From Candidatus Latescibacterota bacterium (GTDB lineage: Bacteria > Latescibacterota > UBA2968): a stretch of DNA of 64,000 nucleotides. The notes under the pieces are model-generated. The model saw only the letters and a program-made list of their open reading frames with translations. It was not told where the DNA came from and did not search any database. Positions 18,865 through 27,595 of the stretch are shown here, one piece after another. The stretch covers positions 3,232,001 through 3,296,000 of the forward strand of contig OZ242010.1 in assembly GCA_965204745.1 (NCBI GenBank), read 5' to 3'. Each line of letters starts with the position of its first letter. Within the stretch, counting starts at the first letter, position 1. Both the position numbers and the translations under genes were made by a program.

Positions 18865-21800
18865 TAGCGGACCGTGAAGGTATTCGCGCTGGTGTATTGG
18901 CGCCTAACGCCATTATTGATAAACACTAAAACCAATCGGTATTCACCGGGCTCGGTGGTTGAATAAGCACAAACTTCTTCACGGCGTTCTGTATTTGGAA
19001 TATCACGCCAAGAGTTCCCAACCTTTTTTTGCCATTTTGACGAATTGAGTGTATTGCCATTAATGGTGAGGGATAGCATGGTGCATCCACTTGTACGGAT
19101 GGTCGGCGTAATGCCAAATATCGACGGCAGGGTATATCGTACCTCCCCATTGGATACGCGCAGCGCATCTAAGGGCGTATAGTCACTGCTGCCGCCACCG
19201 CCGCCGCCACCGCCACCGCCACCACCGCTACTCACCGTAACGCGCACGCCAGCCGAGCAGTTGTTGTCGGTGTTGCTCTCCCCGCTGACGCTTGCCACGC
19301 ACGCACCGTAGTAATACGTGCCCGCACTCGATGGCGCAGTCAGACGGATCGATTCCAAACCCGTGCGCGAAGCGAACAGACCGCTGACCAAATCCGTGCC
19401 CACTTCTGTATCGCTCGTGGTGATCGTCGCGTCGGACGATTGATAATAGCGCAAGGTCGTTGTGGCTGACCGAGCCGTGCCCCGGTTGCGAACTGTGGCG
19501 CGCAGAGTGAAGGATTGCCCAGATGTCAAGGTGCTCTCGCTGACCGACGGCGATTCAACGATCAAGTCGGGCTTGAGCTCGACCACCGTGACACGCACGC
19601 CAGCCGAGCAGTTGTTGTCGGTGTTGCTCTCCCCGCTGATGCTTGCCACGCACGCGCCGTAGTAGTACGTCCCCGCACTCGATGGCGCAGTCAGACGGAT
19701 CGATTCCGGACTCGTGCGCGAAGCCGAAAGACCGCTCACGTAATCCGTGCCCACTTCTGTATCGCTCGTGGAGATCGTCGCGTCGGACGAGCGGTAGTAG
19801 CGCAAGGTTGTCGAGGCTGACGGCCCCACGCCCTGGTTGCGAACCGTGGCTCTTAGGGTAAAGGATTGACCGAGCCCCAACGTGGTGTCGCTGACCGCAG
19901 GCGATTCAACGATCAGGTCAGGAACAACGACCATGACGCGCACGCCAGCCGAGCAGTTGTTGGTGGTGTTGCTCTCCCCGCTGACGCTTGCCACGCACGC
20001 ACCGTAGTAGTACGTCCCCGCACTCGATGGCGCAGTCAGACGGATCGATTCCGGACTCGTGCGCGAAGCGGACAGACCGATGACCAAATCCGTGCCCACT
20101 TCTGTATCGCTCGTGGTGATCGTCGCGTCGGACGATTGATAATAGCGCAAGGTCGTTGTGGCTGACCGAGCCGTGCCCCGGTTGCGAACTGTGGCGCGCA
20201 GAGTGAAGGATTGCCCAGACGTCAGCGTGGTGTCGCTGACCGACAGCGATTCAACGATCAGATCGGGACTGCTACTACCGCCACCGCCACCGCTACTCAC
20301 CGTAACGCGCACGCCAGCCGAGCAGTTGTTGGTGGTGTTGCTCTCCCCGCTGACGCTTGCCACGCACGCACCGTAGTAGTACGTGCCCGCACTCGATGGC
20401 GCAGTCAGACGGATCGATTCCGGACTCGTGCGCGAAGCGGACAGACCGATGACCGAATCCGTGCCCACTTCTGTATCGCTCGTGGAGAGCGTCGCGTCGG
20501 ACGATTGATAATAGCGCAAGGTCGTTGTGGCTGACCGAGCCGTGCCCCGGTTGCGAACTGTGGCACGCAGAGTGAAGGATTGCCCAGACGTCAGCGTGGT
20601 GTCGCTGACCGACAGCGATTCAACGATCAGATCGGGACTGCTACTACCGCCGCCGCTACCTCCGCCACCACTGCCGCTACTCTGAAAACTTGCGTGAACG
20701 GTATAGCTTCCAGTCTCTGACGAGGAATAGCCTCGTACTGCGATGTAGTAGGTCCCCGCACTCACAGAGCGTGCTATGCTGAAATTCGTACCACTTCCGC
20801 CATCGTCATTGGTTGCCAAAGTGGAGCCGGAACTGCTTTGCAACGTACCATAAGTATCGGTGTTGCCTGTCGTATAAACCGTCAAGGTGCCAGAACTACT
20901 GACTTGCACCCTGAAGTAATCAACATCGCCGCCGATTTCTATCCGCCCAGAGCGTGAGCCACCCAAAGACAGGCTGGTCGCGCCAGATCGGGTATTGCTG
21001 TGGTCATCACTCACCGTAACACGCACGCCAGCCGAGCAGTTGTTGTCGGTGTTGCTCTCGCCGCTGACGCTTGCCACGCACGCACCGAAGTAGTACGTGC
21101 CCGCACTCGATGGCGCAGTCAGACGGATCGATTCCGGACTCGTGCGCGAAGTGGACAGACCGCTGACCAAATCCGTGCCCACTTCTGTATCGCTCGTGGA
21201 GATCGTCGCGTCGGACGAACGGTAGTAGCGCAAGGTCGTTTCGGCTGATTGCCCCGTGCCCCGGTTGCGAACTGTGGCACGCAAGGTGAAGGATTGCCCG
21301 GGCGTTAGCGTGCTGGCGCTGACCGACGGCGATTCAACGATCAGATCGGGACTGCTACTGCCACCAGGAGGTGGAGGCGGTGGTGGAGGCGGTACTGTAT
21401 TGCCATAACTGCCGGCAAAAATCAGAAAATCAGAAAAGTCTATCGCGCCATCGCGGTTCAAATCGTACTTGGCACGGTAGCTGCCTTCCCCTTGCCGCGT
21501 GCCATATCGCCCTGCAAACGCCAAGAAGTCGGAAAAGCCTACCATCCCATTGCCATCAAAATCGGGCGTCGGGGCCATCGGGGCCATCGCATTAAATTCA
21601 ACTCGGCTTGTCGTGGTGAGCGTGTCTCTCGATGACAAACTTTCAGAGAGCGTCACAGACGCAATGCCAATGGAAAATGCCCTGCCCGTGACATCGGTCG
21701 CCGTGGTGAACTCTGCCCGTGTTAGAAAACCCGACGACGCCAAACGAACCGGCGAAGTCGCCGCGAAGTCCGTGCCTGTCGGGTGTGGCAGGGGCAAGGA

Positions 21801-22274
21801 AAACGCGCGGTTCTCGGCTTTGACAAAGGTGACGAGGGACGCATCAAAGTCAAACCGAAGTTGCATGCCGGTCAAAGAGGTGGTCACGCCGGTTGCAAAA
21901 ACCTCAATGGCAATTTTGGTGCCTCGTCCAGACACGGTGCCCGATGTGACGCCATCATTTCGCTGATTGCCCGCGCCGCCATTGGGAATCAGATCGAGCG
22001 ACAGCGTCGCATTGGCATTGGCGCCAGCGGCAACTTTCGCGCGCCCTATGACGTCATCCGCGCTGTGCGTGGCCTCATCTTCGGCGATCCATTCGCGCAA
22101 CTGCCGCGCTTTGCGGTCAGCGGCAACTTTCGCGCGCCGTTCAGCAATCGGGAAAGATTCCCCAGCCGTCGCGCCGCCTTGGGCATCCGGTTCGGCAGCG
22201 ACCCGATAGCTCAGAAAGACCAGCACGGTCAGTGCGGTCATCAACAAGCCCGTTGACAAAACCAGTTTACGCAT
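18864..22274 (-). CDS. Secreted modular protein D: signal peptide, cohesin-like domain, EF-hand pair, CARDB, PPC, 4 CARDB, unique C-terminal domain
   Basis: Start reassigned to ATG 22274 (MRKLVLSTG) by homology with genes A-C. No YWTD propeller. The C-terminus SDYTPLDALRVSNGEV...ANTFTVR is unrelated to those of the paralogues. Confidence 0.88.
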   Translation of the reverse strand: MRKLVLSTGLLMTALTVLVFLSYRVAAEPDAQGGATAGESFPIAERRAKVAADRKARQLREWIAEDEATHSADDVIGRAKVAAGANANATLSLDLIPNGGAGNQRNDGVTSGTVSGRGTKIAIEVFATGVTTSLTGMQLRFDFDASLVTFVKAENRAFSLPLPHPTGTDFAATSPVRLASSGFLTRAEFTTATDVTGRAFSIGIASVTLSESLSSRDTLTTTSRVEFNAMAPMAPTPDFDGNGMVGFSDFLAFAGRYGTRQGEGSYRAKYDLNRDGAIDFSDFLIFAGSYGNTVPPPPPPPPPGGSSSPDLIVESPSVSASTLTPGQSFTLRATVRNRGTGQSAETTLRYYRSSDATISTSDTEVGTDLVSGLSTSRTSPESIRLTAPSSAGTYYFGACVASVSGESNTDNNCSAGVRVTVSDDHSNTRSGATSLSLGGSRSGRIEIGGDVDYFRVQVSSSGTLTVYTTGNTDTYGTLQSSSGSTLATNDDGGSGTNFSIARSVSAGTYYIAVRGYSSSETGSYTVHASFQSSGSGGGGSGGGSSSPDLIVESLSVSDTTLTSGQSFTLRATVRNRGTARSATTTLRYYQSSDATLSTSDTEVGTDSVIGLSASRTSPESIRLTAPSSAGTYYYGACVASVSGESNTTNNCSAGVRVTVSSGGGGGSSSPDLIVESLSVSDTTLTSGQSFTLRATVRNRGTARSATTTLRYYQSSDATITTSDTEVGTDLVIGLSASRTSPESIRLTAPSSAGTYYYGACVASVSGESNTTNNCSAGVRVMVVVPDLIVESPAVSDTTLGLGQSFTLRATVRNQGVGPSASTTLRYYRSSDATISTSDTEVGTDYVSGLSASRTSPESIRLTAPSSAGTYYYGACVASISGESNTDNNCSAGVRVTVVELKPDLIVESPSVSESTLTSGQSFTLRATVRNRGTARSATTTLRYYQSSDATITTSDTEVGTDLVSGLFASRTGLESIRLTAPSSAGTYYYGACVASVSGESNTDNNCSAGVRVTVSSGGGGGGGGGGGGSSDYTPLDALRVSNGEVRYTLPSIFGITPTIRTSGCTMLSLTINGNTLNSSKWQKKVGNSWRDIPNTERREEVCAYSTTEPGEYRLVLVFINNGVRRQYTSANTFTVR

Positions 22275-22409
22275 GAATCTCTTCCCTTGCGTTGGGATAT
22301 AGGTGTCCATCTCACGAGTGATGGACAGATGATTGCTGACCGCGGCCTGTTCCCTTTGCTGACCGATTGACTGGGGGTTGTGGGGACTGACCACTGACAA
22401 CTGACCTCA

Positions 22410-23870
22410 TCAATCCGCCTTCTCGCCAAACTTCGCCTCATCCACAGGGCCGGGCAGTGCGCCGTGGGTGCGGAGGATTTGCCCGCCAAAGCCGAAGATG
22501 CCCGCGGTCAACAAGGCGGAGCCGACGACCAGGAACCAGTACATCCCCGCAATGCTGTTGCCGATAGCCAGCGTGCAAAAGAGCGCGGCGAAAAAGTCTC
22601 GGCGGCTCACGAACTTGATCGACACGCAAAACCGGTGGAACCATCCGCGGTCACTTTCCGGCACATCGGTCGAAAACGCAAAATAAAAACTCACCAGACT
22701 GCCCGACCCCACCACTTTCAAATACAGGAACAGCAGCAACACGCCCAGCACGTCTAAAAACACCATCACCCCGCCGAGCAGGGGGTAGAGCACTTCGCCC
22801 GTATGCGCGTACATCCCGCCGAGCACCGCGATAAAAAACACGAGATAGGACAGATCGTCCGCCAGCGTATCGACCCACTCGCCCGCGCACGACCCCATAA
22901 GTTTCAACTTGGCGATCTCGCCGTCGCACCCATCCACAATCGACGCAAATTGGAACAACAACCCACCCAGCGCGAGGTGCAAATAACTCGTCCCGCCCTG
23001 AAACACCAGCCACGCGGACAAAAAGGACAACAGCATGGTGGAAATCGACAACTGATTCGGCGTGATGGGCAGATGAACCAACAGCCGGGAAATGCGCGTG
23101 GAAATTTTGCGGTTGAAATGCCGGGAAATAAACCCATCGGTGGGCTTGCCCAGCCTGCGAAACAACTCGCCCTCTGCGTGGACGTGCGCCTCGGGCGTAT
23201 CCACATCCAGCCAAAACGCGCCATTGATATCCGCGGTTCGCATGCTGCCGCGCTCGCACAACACCCGAATCCCGCCGGACAAGGACCCGTCGCCTCGGGC
23301 GATGGACTGCGCCAGGGCCGCAAACAAAAAGGGACTACACAGAAAAATCCCGGTATCCACCGCATTGAAATCGGCCAATTCTTTGCCGATTTGAACCACG
23401 CGGTCATTGCGCGCCACGACCTTGGTGGCGTCTTCCGTATCGAAAATGCCATCGAGATCCGAATCCACGCACAGCACGGCCTCGTCTTCGCCCACCGGCA
23501 TGTGCCGCAACTTGGTCAGCACCTCCGGGTCGAACAAGTGATCGGACATCAACAGCACAAACGGCTCATCCACGTAGTCTCGCGCACACAGCACAGACCC
23601 CCCATTGCCGCGTTGCCAGTCATCGTTGTGAACCCAGTTGATCACCGCGTCTGAAAACTGCGGGTCGTCGGTCAAGGCGTGCTGGATCTCGTGCCCGCGG
23701 TACCCAATCACGATCACAAACTCGGAAATCCCCCCGCGCATCGCGGACAAAACCGCGCGCTTGAGCAAGGGCACGCCGGCCAACGGCACCAGCGGCTTGG
23801 GCAAATCCGCCCCATAACCTCGCAACCTGCTGCCCATGCCAGCGGCAATAATAACGGCCTTCTTCACCAT
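22410..23870 (-). CDS. Bifunctional NTP-transferase / CDP-alcohol phosphatidyltransferase (IPCT/DIPPS-like)
   Basis: N-terminal AVIIAAGMGSRL..PKPL nucleotidyltransferase motif and WLDVDTPE. C-terminal membrane domain with the DGCDGEIAK..G...D..AD CDP-alcohol phosphotransferase signature. Confidence 0.85.
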   Translation of the reverse strand: MVKKAVIIAAGMGSRLRGYGADLPKPLVPLAGVPLLKRAVLSAMRGGISEFVIVIGYRGHEIQHALTDDPQFSDAVINWVHNDDWQRGNGGSVLCARDYVDEPFVLLMSDHLFDPEVLTKLRHMPVGEDEAVLCVDSDLDGIFDTEDATKVVARNDRVVQIGKELADFNAVDTGIFLCSPFLFAALAQSIARGDGSLSGGIRVLCERGSMRTADINGAFWLDVDTPEAHVHAEGELFRRLGKPTDGFISRHFNRKISTRISRLLVHLPITPNQLSISTMLLSFLSAWLVFQGGTSYLHLALGGLLFQFASIVDGCDGEIAKLKLMGSCAGEWVDTLADDLSYLVFFIAVLGGMYAHTGEVLYPLLGGVMVFLDVLGVLLLFLYLKVVGSGSLVSFYFAFSTDVPESDRGWFHRFCVSIKFVSRRDFFAALFCTLAIGNSIAGMYWFLVVGSALLTAGIFGFGGQILRTHGALPGPVDEAKFGEKAD

Positions 23871-23887
23871 AGCGTTTGCAACCTTTC

Positions 23888-25240
23888 TCAATTCCCAAGC
23901 GACAACGGGCTGCGCCCAATGGCCCGCTGCAATCTCGCCCAGGATCGGTTAAAATTGAACACGGCTTCGTAGTATTTGGCGCGAATAATGCCGTACTCTT
24001 TCGCGGCATCGATCATCTCGGATGCCTCTTCAAGCCCTGCGTTAAATCCATCTCGAACCGACACAAACCACCGGCGGGTCGCCCGCCGCGCCTTGCCGGC
24101 TGCCTGCATGTTTTTCTCTGCTTCGACCCATGCGCGGTAAATCCGCTCGATTTCAATGGCGATGCCTTTCTCGGCCAACTGCTTTTGATACAGCAACTTG
24201 CGGTGTTCCAAATTCGCCCTTCGCGTCTTGACCGATGCGAGCCCAAACGACAGGGATTGCCGAATCCCGATCACCGCGCCGGCTTGCAACACATTGAAAT
24301 CGTCCTTGGCAAACGGACTCGTCTGATCGTCGCGGTTCGGCGCGTACCCGTACTTGAACTGACCCGCGATAAAAATTTGCGGATACTGCTCGGCCTTTGC
24401 CACCTGCGCCAGAGAGGCGCGCACCTGCGCCGCGGCGTCCAACTGCTGCACATCCTCGCGCTCGCCTGCGCGTTGCAAATAAAATTCGAGCGGCTCGATC
24501 TCCACCTCTATCGGCGTCAGCGGCTCGGCCAGCGCGAGTGAATCCGAGTCGCTCAACCCCAAGAGCAAGCGCATCGCGGACTCGGCCAGTGCTTTGGTCT
24601 TGACCGCGGCATGCACCTTCTCGTTCACGTCAAAGGCAAATCGGTCGATGCGCCCCAAATCCGCGTACGTAAAATCGCCCTCATCCGCGTCCAATTTTTC
24701 TGCCACAAAATCGCGTGCGGTTTGAAAATCGCTTTGTGCCTCCAGCGCCAGCGCGACCAGATCATCGGCTAATTGCAGGCCAAAATACACCTCGGCAACT
24801 TGGAGTTCGAGATCCCCCCGTGCTTTTCGCAACCCGGCTTCTCGCGCTGCGATTCCGGCCCTTGCCGCGGCCTTGGCCCCTGCCAACTGCCCAAACGTGA
24901 ACACCGGTTGCACGAGCGTGGCCTCGGTCTGCGTGAAAATGCTCATCTGACTCAACCGCGTCTCGCCGACGAGCGCGTTGCCCCGGGCCTCGGGCGACGG
25001 GCCGATCACGGAGCGCACTTCAAATTGCGGCAAAAAGCGCGCGGCATTGACCTGATCCAACTGCGTCTGTGCGAGCTCGACATCCACCCGCGCGGCGCGC
25101 ACCCCCGGATGCACCTGCATGGCCCGCGCAATGCTCGACGCCAAATCGTACGTTTCCGCGCACAGGTCAGATCCACACGCGATGACCCAGATCGCGCACA
25201 ACTGTGAAAAAACAACACACCTGTTGCAATTTATCAACAC
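23888..25240 (-). CDS. TolC-family outer membrane efflux protein
   Basis: Signal peptide and two OEP-like halves (LP..ATLVQPVFTFG; YPQIFIAGQF..; YYEAVFNFNRSWARLQRAIG). AAGGAGG RBS before GTG. Confidence 0.85.
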   Translation of the reverse strand: MLINCNRCVVFSQLCAIWVIACGSDLCAETYDLASSIARAMQVHPGVRAARVDVELAQTQLDQVNAARFLPQFEVRSVIGPSPEARGNALVGETRLSQMSIFTQTEATLVQPVFTFGQLAGAKAAARAGIAAREAGLRKARGDLELQVAEVYFGLQLADDLVALALEAQSDFQTARDFVAEKLDADEGDFTYADLGRIDRFAFDVNEKVHAAVKTKALAESAMRLLLGLSDSDSLALAEPLTPIEVEIEPLEFYLQRAGEREDVQQLDAAAQVRASLAQVAKAEQYPQIFIAGQFKYGYAPNRDDQTSPFAKDDFNVLQAGAVIGIRQSLSFGLASVKTRRANLEHRKLLYQKQLAEKGIAIEIERIYRAWVEAEKNMQAAGKARRATRRWFVSVRDGFNAGLEEASEMIDAAKEYGIIRAKYYEAVFNFNRSWARLQRAIGRSPLSLGN

Positions 25241-25465
25241 CTACCTCCTTGAACGCGCGGCAAAATTCGCAATCCCCAAAACGATGTCTCGATTAAACAA
25301 CGAGTTACGACGATCTATGACAAACGGGTACAAAACATGGCCTTGATATATGCGAAAACCGTGCCAGTTCTAAAATGGACAAAAAAACCCGGGCAAGTGC
25401 CCGGGGGAATCTGGAGACGGGAGAGGTGAGACGGGAGAGGTGAGACCACCCCCCCACCGGAAAGG

Positions 25466-25511
25466 GAAAAAAGAAAACCGCCATCTGCGTTTGTGCAGAC
25501 AGCGGCGTTTC
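25466..25511 (-). terminator. Rho-independent terminator
   Basis: Minus strand reads gaaacgccgctgtctgcacaaacgcagatggcggttttctttttt: a hairpin plus U-tract downstream of the 25554-25790 gene. Confidence 0.6.
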
Positions 25512-25553
25512 AATCTTTGTTCTCATGGAAGTAAAGCGCGAGGATTGCTTTTT

Positions 25554-25790
25554 TTATGACCCGATTCCGCGCAAAATCAGGCCAGCCAAAACGATAAACA
25601 TCGTGACTTGGATGCCGATCACCCATCGCAATGTTACCCGCAGGTCTTGAACCTCTGAACGCAGGTCGTCAATGCGTCTGTTCACGTCGTCAATGCGTCT
25701 GTTCACGTCGTCAACGCGCTTGTTCATCTGCACCATTTCACCGCGTAACTCTGCGAGTCCAATGCGTTGATCCAATTCTTGATCTGCCAT
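25554..25790 (-). CDS. Small coiled-coil protein with a C-terminal transmembrane helix (DUF1640/CCDC90-like architecture)
   Basis: AAAGGAG RBS. MADQELDQRIGLAELRGEM..(RV/IDDVNR)x2-3..LRWVIGIQVTMFIVLAGLIL. Contains an internal 21-bp tandem repeat. Confidence 0.7.
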   Translation of the reverse strand: MADQELDQRIGLAELRGEMVQMNKRVDDVNRRIDDVNRRIDDLRSEVQDLRVTLRWVIGIQVTMFIVLAGLILRGIGS

Positions 25791-25900
25791 TTCAACTCCT
25801 TTGTTAATGCCTTTCAAGGCCAGTGACGCCAAAATATACCCAAATACAACGAGGTTGGCAACGGGGATTTTTCGCCAATTACGGCTCGCGCCCTATCTTG

Positions 25901-27595
25901 TCACAACGCGAGGGCGACGCCGACCGCGACGATGGGGATCAGCAGGTATTTGAGTAGCCCTTTGCGCTTGCCCGGGATGTTGCTGAGGATCGAGGTTTGG
26001 AGTTTGTGATCGCCGGTTTTGTAATACAGGCATTCCGCGCCCGGGGCAACGGCTATCGCGGTGACCCCAGGCCACACCGGTTTGATGCCGCCCGTGGGAT
26101 AGAGGACGATGTTTTCCCGGTGGTCTTTGTAATCGCCCGTTTTGATCTGGATCGCGTATTCCTGCCCAAAAGTCATCTGGTCGGGCGGAACGATGGGGCC
26201 GAGTTCATCCCCGAACACGGGTTGCACGCGCACCACATCGGACGCGGCCTTGGCCTCGGGCAACCACATGGACACGCGCGGGGACACGCGGAGAAACGAG
26301 GGGGTCGCGCCCACGCGGAACGACACTGGCACGGCCCGATTTTGCCCGTCTTTGAAAATGTAATGCCCTTGGGGCAAGGCCAGGGAAAACGCCTGCCTGC
26401 GCTGGACGATGTTTTCGCGCAACAGGAGTTCGGCCAACGTCACGAGGCTGTCGCGCATGGCCTGTTCGCTCGGCGAAGTCAGCGGGGGCGTTGGGGATTC
26501 GCGCGTGAAAAGCACCTGCTCAAAATAGAGCGCGTTGGGTTGCAAATTGCGCGTGGAAAGCCAGGCCTCACTCACGTTCACATCCAAGCGGCCGAGGCGG
26601 TCGTGCCAGTGCTCGACAAAGCCCATGAGATCGCCCAAGCGCAGGTGAGAATTGCCCGGCAAAGGATACGGCTCTTGGTCAACTGGAAACGGAGATCGTG
26701 CACGCGCACTGCGAAAAAGCGCGTGGGCCTCAGAGAACCGGCGGTACTTGCCCAGCACGATGCCGCGGTACACCTCGACTTGGGCCAATGCGCGCAGCAC
26801 GCCGAGTTCTTTTTCGCTCATGCGGTCCAAGGTGCGGTCTATCTCGCGGATGTGCGCGCCATAGCGGTCGAGTTCTGCGACAAACAGGGGCAAGCGGCGA
26901 TCCATCAAGTGGATGGCCGCATTGCTCGCAACGGCGGGCGCGGCTTCGCCAATGGCGATGGCGCCGGCCAAGAGATGCGCGCTTTCCGCGCGATACCGGT
27001 CTGCGAGTGCCGCGAGATCCGGGATGGACAAACTCGTCAGGGGCAGTGGGGCAGGCGTCAGCACGATCTTGAGGAGTTTGCCGCGCGGCCACAAAAACAG
27101 GTCTCGTTCAATGGTGCGAAAGCCGGCTTTGCCGATTTCGAGGCGATACTTGCCCACAAAGAGGTCGGCCTCGTACGCCACATTCCCGCGCCCGATGTTG
27201 ATGAACCCGGTGAACGTCGTATCCCGATCCGCAAACCGCAGGCGGATTTTCGCGCCCAAGGCGTCGAGTTGGTCCGACCGGATTTGCAGGCGCGCTTTTT
27301 GTCGCGTGAGCGCGATGTGCAGCGTATCTGCCAACACCGGTTGCGTGATGGTGCGCGTCCAGAATTGGTAGCCGTGCGCCAAAGCCTGAAGTTTGTCGCC
27401 GATGTCCAAGCGTTCCCGCGTGGAAAAGGGCGCGTACCCCGCTTCCTGCCCGTTGATGAAAACCCGCGCGCCGGAGGGCGTGGAGTCGATGTGGAGCAGG
27501 GTCGCCGGGCGCGTCTGCGGCACGGGTTCTGGCTCCTGTGCGGCGAGATGCAACGGCGCGATCAGGCATAAGAAGACGAGTCGCAGTGCGTTCAT
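25901..27595 (-). CDS. PEGA domain-containing protein with signal peptide and C-terminal TM anchor
   Basis: Start reassigned to ATG 27595, which overlaps the upstream stop (ATGA). Contains the PEGA motif LHIDSTPSGARVFINGQEAGYAP and a hydrophobic C-terminus YLLIPIVAVGVALAL. Confidence 0.75.
   Translation of the reverse strand: MNALRLVFLCLIAPLHLAAQEPEPVPQTRPATLLHIDSTPSGARVFINGQEAGYAPFSTRERLDIGDKLQALAHGYQFWTRTITQPVLADTLHIALTRQKARLQIRSDQLDALGAKIRLRFADRDTTFTGFINIGRGNVAYEADLFVGKYRLEIGKAGFRTIERDLFLWPRGKLLKIVLTPAPLPLTSLSIPDLAALADRYRAESAHLLAGAIAIGEAAPAVASNAAIHLMDRRLPLFVAELDRYGAHIREIDRTLDRMSEKELGVLRALAQVEVYRGIVLGKYRRFSEAHALFRSARARSPFPVDQEPYPLPGNSHLRLGDLMGFVEHWHDRLGRLDVNVSEAWLSTRNLQPNALYFEQVLFTRESPTPPLTSPSEQAMRDSLVTLAELLLRENIVQRRQAFSLALPQGHYIFKDGQNRAVPVSFRVGATPSFLRVSPRVSMWLPEAKAASDVVRVQPVFGDELGPIVPPDQMTFGQEYAIQIKTGDYKDHRENIVLYPTGGIKPVWPGVTAIAVAPGAECLYYKTGDHKLQTSILSNIPGKRKGLLKYLLIPIVAVGVALAL

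Noticed and set aside
2302-22256. Many plus-strand ORFs (Arg-rich ORFs of about 99 aa, 11163-12134, 12654-13745 and others)
   Set aside because: Antisense shadows of the repetitive GC-rich genes A-D, with no recognisable protein features.
22275-22400. N-terminal extension of gene D in the ORF track
   Set aside because: Paralogues start at MRKL, and the extension runs through heptamer repeat DNA.
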